A stretch of 32,000 nt of DNA from Raphidiopsis brookii D9 (lineage in GTDB: Bacteria; Cyanobacteriota; Cyanobacteriia; Cyanobacteriales; Nostocaceae): contig ACYB01000046.1 of the NCBI GenBank assembly GCA_000175855.1, positions 120,001 to 152,000 of the forward strand, given 5' to 3'. The notes under the pieces were generated by a model. It was not told where the DNA came from, ran no database searches, and saw only the letters and a list, made by a program, of their open reading frames with translations. Made by a program: the position numbers and the translations under genes. Below are positions 9,907-18,169 of the stretch, piece by piece. How positions within the stretch are numbered: position 1 is the stretch's first letter; each line of letters opens with the position of its first letter.

Positions 9907-11478
9907 ATGAGACAAGTACTTAAAATCAACTTCATCAAACCACTGATTGTATTCGGATTCTTATTAGGACCATTCTTGTTGGCTTTGGGGTTAACGATTG
10001 GCGCTACATCCCAATGGACCATCCTCTCTCTAGGGTTTATCACTGCTGGAGTAGTAATTTGTCTTTTTTGGGTACTCGTGCAAGCTCAGAAAAGTCAGTT
10101 TTGGCAACAACGTTCTACCCAGTCAAATACCAATGCTGTAATTGCCATATTAGCTGTCTTAACAATCCTAGGATTAATCAATTTTTTAGGTAATCGCTAT
10201 CAGATTCGGTTAGACCTAACAGAAACCCAGTTATTTACCCTAGCGCCCCAATCTCAAGAAATACTGCGCACCTTACCTCAACCAGCCAAACTTTGGTTAT
10301 TCACTAGGGAAAAAAATCCAGATGATCAAGAATTACTACAAAGGTATCGTCAACAAAATCCCCAATTTAGCTTTGAATATGTTGATCCTCAAACAAGACC
10401 AGGTTTGGCAGAAAAATTTGGAGTCAATGATTTTGGTAAGGTGTATCTCGAATTTAATAATAAACATCAGTTCGTACAAAATGTGAATGAAAATGAACGT
10501 CTATCAGAGGTCAAGTTAACCAGTCAACTACAAAAGATCATCAGCAACGATTCTCCTAAAGTTTACCTTTTACAAGGTCACGGTGAATTAGAAATCGCCA
10601 ACTCTAAAAATCCTGAAAATTCCATATCCCAAGCTATTCAAGGATTAACAGATAATAATTTGACCCCCCTACCTCTAAGCTTAACCCAACAAACTACAGT
10701 CCCTCCAGACGCTAGGGTTGTGGTAATTGCCAGTCCCAAACGGGAATTGTTGCCAGGTGAAATTACAGCTTTAGAAAACTATCTGAATATTGGTGGCAAT
10801 CTTATGCTCATGATTGACCCAAATCATGACCCAAAACTTGATACTTTACTAAAAAGTTGGGGTGTGCAATTAGACAACCGATTGGCTATTGATATCACTG
10901 GAGGAAATTTAGGACTAGGACCTGCTTCTCCTTTGATTACCGAATATGGACAACACCCTATCACCCAGGATTTTCGCAACGGTATTTCTTTTTATCCTAT
11001 CGCACGTCCTATTCTTATAGAACCTACTCCTGGTATCCAGTCTACCCCTCTACTCAGAACTAAAGCATATCCTGATAGTTGGGCTGAAAGTGATCAAGAA
11101 AACGAAAAGCTGGAGTTTAACGAAGGTAAGGATTTAAAGGGTCCTTTAACATTAGGTGTAGCATTAACTAAGAAGTTAGCATCTCTGGAAAATTCCCCAG
11201 CTAAGACTCGAGAATCTCGATTGGTTATTTTTGGCAATTCACAGTTTGCCAGGGACGGTTTATTTCAGCAACAATTGAATGGAGATGTATTTCTCAATTC
11301 AGTTAGTTGGTTAAGTCAAAAAGAGGAACAACCTTTGTCTATTCGACCCAAGGAACAAACAAACCGTCGGATTATTATGTCGAATATGAAAGCCAATTTG
11401 CTGGGTATTTCCTCTCTATTGATTTTACCTCTCATTGGTTTTTTGAGCAGTGTTGTTATATGGTGGTTTAGAAGATAG
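9907..11478 (+). CDS. GldG-like ABC transporter auxiliary protein (ABC_transp_aux family)
   Basis: 523 aa with N- and C-terminal TM anchors and a large extracytoplasmic domain. Motifs (FTLAPQSQEIL, VYLLQGHGE, VVVIASPKRELLPGE, LMLMIDP) and the position after the ABC-2 permease fit GldG-type proteins. Confidence 0.8.
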   Translation: MRQVLKINFIKPLIVFGFLLGPFLLALGLTIGATSQWTILSLGFITAGVVICLFWVLVQAQKSQFWQQRSTQSNTNAVIAILAVLTILGLINFLGNRYQIRLDLTETQLFTLAPQSQEILRTLPQPAKLWLFTREKNPDDQELLQRYRQQNPQFSFEYVDPQTRPGLAEKFGVNDFGKVYLEFNNKHQFVQNVNENERLSEVKLTSQLQKIISNDSPKVYLLQGHGELEIANSKNPENSISQAIQGLTDNNLTPLPLSLTQQTTVPPDARVVVIASPKRELLPGEITALENYLNIGGNLMLMIDPNHDPKLDTLLKSWGVQLDNRLAIDITGGNLGLGPASPLITEYGQHPITQDFRNGISFYPIARPILIEPTPGIQSTPLLRTKAYPDSWAESDQENEKLEFNEGKDLKGPLTLGVALTKKLASLENSPAKTRESRLVIFGNSQFARDGLFQQQLNGDVFLNSVSWLSQKEEQPLSIRPKEQTNRRIIMSNMKANLLGISSLLILPLIGFLSSVVIWWFRR

Positions 11479-11523
11479 TGCATAATTGATAATTGTTTAT
11501 TTTTCTTACCTTTTTGGAGCAAA

Positions 11524-12171
11524 ATGAAGCACTCGACTTTAGTTTTAGTAATTTTGGCCCTAGCTTTAGGTGGTTTTGTTTACTTTGATGAAATTAAACG
11601 CAAGAGTCAATCAGAACAAGTTCCACAAAATACCCAAAAACAAATAAATCAACCTAACAGTTCTCATGAATCTAACCAACCAGAAAAAAAGCAAATTTTT
11701 TCTTTTAATACCAGTGATATTCAGTCGATAACTATTAAAACCCAAGACTATACATTGGATTTAGAACAGAGGACCAAATCGGAACCGCCAAATTGGTTAG
11801 TGAAACTACCTGCATCCACTACGCCCAAACCAGCACAGAAAGCCATAGTTTCCTATTTGACAGATTTATTGACTAAGGGTAAAAGTGAAAATATCATCCC
11901 AGTTCCAATTGATCGATTAAGCGAGTTTGGGCTAGATAAACCTATTGCAATTGTTGATGTTAAACTTCAAGATCAAAAACAGCATCAACTCGTTTTAGGT
12001 AAACCTAACTTTAATAATACTTTATTATATGCAAAAGTTAATTATACTGATAGCAATAGTCAAAGTATAGAGGTTTTGTTGGTATCTAAGGATTTTGCAA
12101 ATGCGGTAAATAGACAACTATCTGAGTGGGAAGACTCCACCTTATCATCCTCCGATAATCTCCCAAACTAA
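11524..12171 (+). CDS. DUF4340 domain protein (usual partner of GldG-like proteins)
   Basis: 215 aa with an N-terminal signal-anchor (MKHSTLVLVILALALGGFVYF). The position and size match the DUF4340 proteins that follow GldG homologues. Confidence 0.65.
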   Translation: MKHSTLVLVILALALGGFVYFDEIKRKSQSEQVPQNTQKQINQPNSSHESNQPEKKQIFSFNTSDIQSITIKTQDYTLDLEQRTKSEPPNWLVKLPASTTPKPAQKAIVSYLTDLLTKGKSENIIPVPIDRLSEFGLDKPIAIVDVKLQDQKQHQLVLGKPNFNNTLLYAKVNYTDSNSQSIEVLLVSKDFANAVNRQLSEWEDSTLSSSDNLPN

Positions 12172-12173
12172 CC

Positions 12174-13355
12174 ATGGTAAAACAAGTGAAATCTAACTAT
12201 TCTGTACAATGGAGTGATCAGATTAGCCAAATTCCTCAAACTGCTTGGGATGCTCTAGCAGTACCCCTAAAAACCCCCTTTTTGGAATGGTGCTGGTTAC
12301 ATAATATGGAAAGTTCCCATAGCGTCACTGCTAACACTGGCTGGTTACCAAACCATTTAACATTATGGCGTGATAAAGTATTAATTGGTGCAGCTCCTCT
12401 TTATATTAAAGGGCATAGTCAAGGAGAATTTGTTTTTGATCATCAGTGGGCAGATTTAGCTGATCGTATAGGTGTGCACTACTACCCCAAGTTATTGGGA
12501 ATGTCACCCCTTACTCCTGCTGAAGGTTATCGCTTTCTAATTGCTCCTGGAGAGGATGAGGAAGAAATCACAGCGGTGATGGTTCGGGAAATTGATGATT
12601 TTTGTGTTAGGCACAATATTTCTGGCTGTCATTTTTTATATGTTGACCCCCAATGGCAATTAGTGCTAGAAAAACAGGGTTTTACCCCCTGGTTACACCA
12701 TAGCTATATTTGGCAAAATGACGGTTTTGCCAGTTTTGAGGATTATTTAAAAATGTTTAATGCCAACCAAAGGAGGAATATTAAAAGAGAACGTAAAGCG
12801 GTGGAAACAGCGGGGTTAAAACTCCAAGCTGTCACAGGTGACCAGATTCCTCAGTCTTTATTCCCATTAATGTACGAATTTTATTCTGATACCTGTGATA
12901 AGTTCGGTTGGTGGGGTAGTAAATATCTAACTAAAAGGTTTTTTGAAAGTCTATACCTTAATTATCGCCATCGGGTAGTATTTTTTTCCGCCCATAATCA
13001 TCAATCCACAAGCCAACCTTTAGGAATGTCCTTTTGTTTATTTAAAGATGACAGGTTGTATGGACGTTACTGGGGAAGTTTTCAAGAAATAGATTGTCTC
13101 CACTTTGATGCTTGTTATTATACACCCATCGAGTGGGCTATATCCCGTAAAATCCAAATTTTTGATCCAGGTGCAGGTGGTAGACATAAGCAACGACGAG
13201 GTTTTCCAGCTACTCCTAATCACAGTTTGCACCGCTTTTATCATAACCACTTGGGTCAACTTTTACGCCGTTATATTTCCCAGGCAAATCATCATGAAGC
13301 ACAACAGATAATAGCTATGAACGCAGATCTACCTTTCAATCCTAATCCCTCTTGA
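12174..13355 (+). CDS. FemAB-like/GNAT-fold protein (DUF482, COG3146 family)
   Basis: 393 aa. FLEWCWLHNMESS, YIKGHSQGEFVFDHQWAD, YYPKLLGMSPLTP, NQRRNIKRERK, YGRYWG and FDPGAGGRHKQRRGF are the motifs I associate with this family. The start is 2 nt after the DUF4340 stop. Confidence 0.75.
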   Translation: MVKQVKSNYSVQWSDQISQIPQTAWDALAVPLKTPFLEWCWLHNMESSHSVTANTGWLPNHLTLWRDKVLIGAAPLYIKGHSQGEFVFDHQWADLADRIGVHYYPKLLGMSPLTPAEGYRFLIAPGEDEEEITAVMVREIDDFCVRHNISGCHFLYVDPQWQLVLEKQGFTPWLHHSYIWQNDGFASFEDYLKMFNANQRRNIKRERKAVETAGLKLQAVTGDQIPQSLFPLMYEFYSDTCDKFGWWGSKYLTKRFFESLYLNYRHRVVFFSAHNHQSTSQPLGMSFCLFKDDRLYGRYWGSFQEIDCLHFDACYYTPIEWAISRKIQIFDPGAGGRHKQRRGFPATPNHSLHRFYHNHLGQLLRRYISQANHHEAQQIIAMNADLPFNPNPS

Positions 13356-13421
13356 AAACAACGGATAAAAAATTACCTTGGATCGTAAGATAAGAAAATA
13401 TGGACATATTTTTCTACAATC

Positions 13422-13805
13422 ATGGATTTAATAATTGACGATTTAACTGCTATCGACGATAAACTTTCCCAGCGTCACATTGACCTTGATCCTCATGGTT
13501 ACTTTCTAATATATATAGATGCCAATGAGCGTTTAATTCATGCTAAACACTTTACTAATTTTATTGATGAACGCGGTTTAGCTGTAGACCCGGAAACGGG
13601 TAAGGTCATTCCTGCACGAGGTAAGGTGGAAAGAAATCACACAACTGTTTTCAGTGGTCGTACTGCCAAAGAATTGTGTGTGAAAATCTTTGAACAAACC
13701 GACCCTTGTCCTGTTAGCTTCCTAAACCATGCAGCCTACTTGGGACGGGAATTTGTCCGAGCTGAGGTGGCTTTAGTTACTGGCAAGGAGTACGTGCAGG
13801 ATTAG
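13422..13805 (+). CDS. DUF4346 domain protein
   Basis: 127 aa. LDPHGYFLIY...HAAYLGREFVRAEVALVTGKEYVQD matches my recollection of the cyanobacterial/plant DUF4346 family. The family name is unverified. Confidence 0.55.
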   Translation: MDLIIDDLTAIDDKLSQRHIDLDPHGYFLIYIDANERLIHAKHFTNFIDERGLAVDPETGKVIPARGKVERNHTTVFSGRTAKELCVKIFEQTDPCPVSFLNHAAYLGREFVRAEVALVTGKEYVQD

Positions 13806-13813
13806 CTATTTGT

Positions 13814-13833
13814 GGGGGAGTGGCCCTCCCTTT
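13814..13833. terminator. Compact GC-rich hairpin between convergent genes
   Basis: GGGAG (13816-13820) pairs with CTCCC (13826-13830) around a 5-nt loop, followed by TTT. The hairpin abuts the psb32 stop. Confidence 0.3.
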
Positions 13834-14569
13834 AACCTTCCTTGGATGGTTGATTGATTTGGTATAGGTAATAGGTCGCCATGGGAATAACCGTCGCTGC
13901 AATTAGCAGTCCTACTACCCACGCAGTAGAATTGCTCTTGTTCTTATTAGTCTGTGCTGCTGTGGCAAATGTCCCTTCTACCTGGATGGTTTCTTTCTCC
14001 TCCGGTGGTCCAGGATCAGGTTCACCGGAAAGCACTGCTACCAGGCGATCGCGCACATTAAGCAATCCTTGGTTGTATTTATTGCCAGAACGCAATTCTA
14101 TTCCCAGGGTTTTTTCAGTAACACTGGTAGCTATTTCATCGGTTAAAAGAGTTTTCACCTGTTCCCCACTCACAATGGTGGCCCCATTTGTTAAACTATC
14201 AACCACTAGAATGGATTGATTTGCCTGGGTTTCCGATGTGGGAAACCATTTGGTGAATAGCGCCTGAGCAAAGCTCTGTGGTGTTTCTCCGTAGTCGAAT
14301 CGATGAATAGTTACTATTCTCACTTCCTTACCGGTTTTTTGAGCCAGGTCTTGAAAAGCGCTAGTAATTTGCCCCTCGTTAAAGCGACTAATTACATCTC
14401 CCTCGTCTACTACCCAAGTATTGGGGGTCAGATCAGGTATTTGATACACCCCCGTAGCACTAGCTGGGGCGGAAAACATGGGGACAGATATGATCATCAC
14501 TAACACTGATAATATCAAGCCAGTGACGTATTTAGGGGTGCTGAATAATTGTTTAAGTAGCTGTTTCAT
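13832..14569 (-). CDS. psb32: TPM-domain thylakoid lumen protein, Psb32/TLP18.3-like PSII repair protein
   Basis: It has a signal peptide (...SVPMFSAPASATG), a TPM-type domain (VVDEGDVISRFNEGQI...EVRIVTIHRFDYGETPQSFAQALFTKW...ILVVDSLTNG) and a C-terminal TM anchor. I prefer the ATG at 14569 (MKQLLKQ) over the track's GTG at 14593. Confidence 0.7.
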   Translation of the reverse strand: MKQLLKQLFSTPKYVTGLILSVLVMIISVPMFSAPASATGVYQIPDLTPNTWVVDEGDVISRFNEGQITSAFQDLAQKTGKEVRIVTIHRFDYGETPQSFAQALFTKWFPTSETQANQSILVVDSLTNGATIVSGEQVKTLLTDEIATSVTEKTLGIELRSGNKYNQGLLNVRDRLVAVLSGEPDPGPPEEKETIQVEGTFATAAQTNKNKSNSTAWVVGLLIAATVIPMATYYLYQINQPSKEG

Positions 14570-14701
14570 AATGAATCCCAAGACGAATTCCACAATGCCA
14601 TTAGAATCACGATACTATGGAAGTGTCTCTAACACTCTGATTTCACCAGGATAAATCCTATCCTACCCAAAAATATAATTACATAATTACAACATACAAT
14701 T

Positions 14702-15706
14702 GTGGTTTACCGTATTCTAGATGCAAATTTAAACAGATCCCGTGAGGGACTGCGAATCATTGAAGAATGGTGCCGTTTTGGCTTAAATGATGCTTCCCTC
14801 GCTGAAACCTGTAAAAACCTACGTCAAGAAGTTGCTAGGTGGCACACACCACAAATTAGATCATCACGAGATACTGTGGGTGATACTGGCACAATTTTGA
14901 GCCATCCTCAAGAGGAACACCGTAATTCTATTACCTCCCTATTACAGGCTAATTTTTGCCGTATTCAGGAAGCTTTTAGGGTTTTAGAAGAATATGGCAA
15001 GCTACATCACGAAGAAATGGGAAAAACTTTTAAGCAAATGCGCTATCAAGTTTATACTCTAGAGAGTAGCTTAATGGGTCATCAGCGTCATCACTTATTA
15101 TGGCAGTCTCGTCTGTATTTGGTCACGTCTCCTGCAGATAGCTTATTAACTATTGTCGAGTCTTGTCTCCAAGGTGGATTAACCATAGTGCAATATAGGG
15201 AAAAGACAGCTGATGACATGGTGCGCTTGGATAGGGCTAAGAAACTAAGAGAGTTATGTCGAAGTTATGGTGCTTTGTTTATTATTAATGACCGTGTAGA
15301 CTTAGCCTTAGCTGTTGATGCAGATGGAGTACATTTAGGACAACAAGATTTACCAGTTCCTGTAGCTAGGGAATTATTAGGTCCACAACGTATCCTAGGA
15401 CGTTCCACAACCAATCCCCAAGAGATGCAAGCAGCAATTACTGAGGGTGCGGATTATGTTGGTGTCGGTCCTGTGTATGAAACACCAACTAAACCAGGAA
15501 AACCAGCAGCAGGATTTGACTATGTGAATTACGCATCTAGGAACTGTCCTATTCCCTGGTTTGCGATTGGAGGTGTGGACATGGGTAACATTCATGATAC
15601 CATCAAGGCTGGGGCACAGCGTGTAGCTGTAGTGAGATCACTAATGGAAGCAGAACAACCTACGCTCGCTACCCAGTATTTTATGTCCCAGCTATTGCGC
15701 AAGTAG
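14702..15706 (+). CDS. thiE: Thiamine-phosphate synthase (long cyanobacterial form with N-terminal extension)
   Basis: 334 aa. The N-terminal YRILDANLNRSREGLRIIEEWCRF domain is followed by a TMP-synthase barrel (LYLVTSP..., VQYREK, FIINDRVDLALAVDADGVHLGQ, GVGPVYETPTKPG, FAIGGV). Confidence 0.92.
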   Translation: MVYRILDANLNRSREGLRIIEEWCRFGLNDASLAETCKNLRQEVARWHTPQIRSSRDTVGDTGTILSHPQEEHRNSITSLLQANFCRIQEAFRVLEEYGKLHHEEMGKTFKQMRYQVYTLESSLMGHQRHHLLWQSRLYLVTSPADSLLTIVESCLQGGLTIVQYREKTADDMVRLDRAKKLRELCRSYGALFIINDRVDLALAVDADGVHLGQQDLPVPVARELLGPQRILGRSTTNPQEMQAAITEGADYVGVGPVYETPTKPGKPAAGFDYVNYASRNCPIPWFAIGGVDMGNIHDTIKAGAQRVAVVRSLMEAEQPTLATQYFMSQLLRK

Positions 15707-15758
15707 GAATAGAATTTATTTTCTAAACTAGTCAGGACATATAAATCTTAGGTTCCAA

Positions 15759-16149
15759 CTAAGCCCAATCCCGATAAACATACAGTTCATCTACTCTCAT
15801 TTCAAATGGTATAGCACGAGGTTCCGGGGGACAAACGCGAATTTTGGCACTACTAACCACACTGTAAAGTAAAGTTGCCATAGGGACAATTTTTTGCAAA
15901 ATTCGCCAGTTGCTTACTTGGTCTGGACATTCAATAACTAAAAGTCAAAGCTTTAGTATCTGTTTTCATGTACCAACGACAGTAAGAGAGCAGGTTTTGA
16001 ATATTCCGGTCACACCCATGATAAAAGTAGCGACTGATGGAGTGTTCTAGCTGTTGACGCAGAATAATATCTGCTGAAGTGGCTTGAATGGGGTGTTGGT
16101 CATCAGCGTTGAACCCTGACTTTATTCTAACCATTTCGGTAGTCGTCAC
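15759..16149 (-). pseudogene. Possible split hypothetical gene: a 72-aa ORF (15931..16149) followed by a protein-like reading in another frame (15759..15944)
   Basis: The track ORF ends ...CRWYMKTDTKALTFSY*. In the overlapping frame the minus strand reads LLVIECPDQVSNWRILQKIVPMATLLYSVVSSAKIRVCPPEPRAIPFEMRVDELYVYRDWA*. The two frames overlap at an A4 run (15940-15943). I recognise no family, so this is weak. Confidence 0.25.
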
Positions 16150-16246
16150 GTAAAAATATCCTTTACATAACTACCAATAAAACTCTAATTCTCAAATTCT
16201 GAATCAGTATTTAGATATAGTTTCTTTAGTATTAAGAAGTATTAAG

Positions 16247-16281
16247 AAAAAATGCCCCCACTACTAATGGAGGACATTTTT
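16247..16281 (-). terminator. Rho-independent terminator of psbA
   Basis: The minus-strand RNA is AAAAAUGUCCUCC-AUUAGUAGU-GGGGGCAUUUUUU. The stem uses G-C and G-U pairs and is followed by U6. It starts 24 nt after the psbA stop. Confidence 0.7.
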
Positions 16282-16304
16282 CAGCTACTCAAAATTCTTT
16301 GAGA

Positions 16305-17387
16305 TTAACCATTGATTGCAGGAGCAGTCAAAGCAACAGGAGAAACTTCACCAGCAGCTAGGTCTAAGGGGAAGTTGTGAGCGTTGCGCTCGTGCATTAC
16401 TTCCATACCCAAATTAGCGCGGTTGATTACATCCGCCCAAGTACCGATTACACGACCTTGTGAGTCAATAATGGATTGGTTGAAGTTGAATCCGTTCAGG
16501 TTGAATGCCATGGTGCTTACACCCAAAGCAGTAAACCAAATACCAACCACTGGCCATGCAGCCAAGAAGAAGTGTAGAGAACGGCTGTTGTTAAAAGAAG
16601 CGTATTGGAATATCAAACGACCAAAGTAGCCGTGTGCAGCAACGATGTTATAGGTTTCTTCTTCTTGACCGAATTTGTAACCGTAGTTTTGAGACTCGGT
16701 TTCGGTGGTTTCACGCACCAAGGAAGAGGTTACCAAAGAACCGTGCATTGCAGAGAACAAGCTACCACCAAATACACCAGCTACACCTAGCATGTGGAAG
16801 GGGTGCATCAAGATGTTGTGTTCAGCTTGGAACACAATCATGAAGTTGAATGTACCGGAAATACCTAAAGGCATACCGTCGGAGAAGGAACCTTGTCCGA
16901 TGGGGTAGATCAAGAATACTGCAGTAGCAGAAGCCAAAGGCGCAGAGTAAGCTACACAGATCCAAGGACGCATACCCAAGCGGTAGGACAATTCCCACTG
17001 ACGACCTAAGTAGCAAGCGCAACCGATCAGGAAGTGGAAAATTACCAACTGGTAAGGACCACCGTTATATAACCATTCATCTAAGGAAGCAGCTTCCCAT
17101 ATAGGGTAGAAGTGCAAACCAATAGCGTTGGATGAAGGAACAACCGCACCGGAGATGATGTTGTTTCCGTAAATCAATGATCCTGCTACGGGCTCGCGGA
17201 TACCATCAATATCTACGGGAGGAGCAGCGATGAAGGCAATAATGAAACAGGTGGTTGCAGCCAATAGGGTAGGGATCATTAGTACACCAAACCAACCGAC
17301 GTAGACACGGTTTTCGGTGCTGGTGATGAATTCACAGAAACGATCCCATACGCTAGCGTTAGAGCGCTGTTGTAAGGTTGTGGTCAT
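16305..17387 (-). CDS. psbA: Photosystem II reaction centre protein D1
   Basis: 360 aa, unmistakable D1 sequence ([20 protein letters not shown]...[29 protein letters not shown]). It has the 16-aa C-terminal extension after Ala344, and residue 130 is Gln. Confidence 0.99.
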   Translation of the reverse strand: MTTTLQQRSNASVWDRFCEFITSTENRVYVGWFGVLMIPTLLAATTCFIIAFIAAPPVDIDGIREPVAGSLIYGNNIISGAVVPSSNAIGLHFYPIWEAASLDEWLYNGGPYQLVIFHFLIGCACYLGRQWELSYRLGMRPWICVAYSAPLASATAVFLIYPIGQGSFSDGMPLGISGTFNFMIVFQAEHNILMHPFHMLGVAGVFGGSLFSAMHGSLVTSSLVRETTETESQNYGYKFGQEEETYNIVAAHGYFGRLIFQYASFNNSRSLHFFLAAWPVVGIWFTALGVSTMAFNLNGFNFNQSIIDSQGRVIGTWADVINRANLGMEVMHERNAHNFPLDLAAGEVSPVALTAPAING

Positions 17388-17403
17388 TTTTTATGATTGC
17401 TTT

Positions 17404-17638
17404 ATGAGCTTTATGATATGATAATAAGTAGGCGGTTTCCCCTACTTGATACACCATCCTAAAGGATAGTTCTTTTGTTGTAAAGGGGTTTTTCATTAGT
17501 AAATCTGATAATATTTTCTAATTATGATAAGTTTATCAAATAATAATAGTTTCCGAATACAAATCAGTTAATTTCCCCCGGATTGATGTCCTGCTTTTTC
17601 CATTAGCGTGGGATGGATCCGGGGATTTTGGTTTTTTT
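17404..17638 (+). ncRNA. Hypothetical cis-antisense RNA starting in the psbA 5' UTR (PsbA2R-like)
   Basis: On the plus strand, TTGTAA (17370-17375), a 16-nt spacer, then TATGAT (17392-17397) gives a start near 17404. A plus-oriented hairpin CCCCGGAT (17576-17583) / ATCCGGGG (17617-17624) is followed by ATTTTGGTTTTTTT (17625-17638). There is no expression evidence. Confidence 0.2.
17456..17484 (-). promoter_or_regulatory. Putative psbA promoter
   Basis: The minus strand reads TTTACA (17484-17479), a 17-nt spacer, then TAGGAT (17461-17456). This predicts a leader of about 60 nt that begins with a 7-bp hairpin (AAGTAGG 17426-17432 / CCTACTT 17441-17447). Confidence 0.4.
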
Positions 17639-17987
17639 AACCCGGAGGCCAGGACAAGGATCTTCCCCCTAGGATGTGTATGTGGAGGTGATGGACTGTT
17701 TGTCCTCCATCCTGTCCCACATTCATAACTACCCGATAACCCTGTTCAAGACCTGCTATTTGGGCGACTTTTTGCACGGTTAATAATAAGTGTCCTAACA
17801 ACTCTTGATCTTCTGCTTGTGCAGTAGCTAGATTGACTATGGGTTTCTTGGGTATGACCAGAATATGAGTAGGTGCTTGGGGGTTAACATCTGTAAATGC
17901 TAAAGCCAATTCATCCTCATAAACTATGTGGGCGGGTATTTCCCGACGGATTATTTTACCGAAAATGGTATCTGGAGTTGAAGTCAT
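17637..17987 (-). CDS. HIT family (histidine triad nucleotide-binding) protein
   Basis: 116 aa. It has IFGKIIRREIPAHIVYEDE and the histidine triad HHLHIHILGG. Confidence 0.93.
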   Translation of the reverse strand: MTSTPDTIFGKIIRREIPAHIVYEDELALAFTDVNPQAPTHILVIPKKPIVNLATAQAEDQELLGHLLLTVQKVAQIAGLEQGYRVVMNVGQDGGQTVHHLHIHILGGRSLSWPPG

Positions 17988-18055
17988 GAAGAATTGCTGT
18001 TAAAGATTGCTAAAGTGGTTTGTCTGTAAATTTTAGGACAAATCTGGCCATCTCA

Positions 18056-18088
18056 AAAGTAGTTTTAAAGTAGTTTTAAAGTAGTTTT
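18056..18088. repeat. Tandem repeat, 3 x 11 bp (AAAGTAGTTTT)
   Basis: Three perfect copies at 18056-18066, 18067-18077 and 18078-18088, in the HIT/comM divergent intergenic region. A degenerate copy (TAAAGTGGTTTG) sits at 18011-18022. Confidence 0.9.
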
Positions 18089-18169
18089 GCGTAATTTCCC
18101 CAATGGCAACCTGGGAACAAATCTGCTTTTATAAAGTGGAGTGATATCAAAATTTCTTCCCATAAGGAA

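Noticed and set aside
13881-14219. Long antisense ORFs inside well-supported genes: 112 aa in psb32 (13881..14219), 151 aa in deoC (25769..26224) and 149 aa in the MFS gene (27669..28118).
   Set aside because: Each is fully embedded antisense to a gene with clear family motifs. Their translations are Ser/Pro/Thr/Ala-rich mirror sequences typical of antisense frames.
14594-14701. A TPP riboswitch upstream of thiE. The segment CTGATTTCACCAGGATAAATCC vaguely recalls the ACCUGAUCUGGAUAAUGCCAGC part of the thi-box.
   Set aside because: The obligatory CUGAGA element and the GGGGUGC-type P1/P2 sequences are absent, and no convincing helices can be drawn.
16384-17022. Five 61-81 aa ORFs overlapping psbA: four antisense on the plus strand and one same-strand, out of frame (16822..17022).
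   Set aside because: They lie entirely within one of the most conserved genes known. Open off-frames are expected from the biased, relatively GC-rich codon usage of psbA. Their translations are low-complexity or Arg/Cys-rich nonsense.
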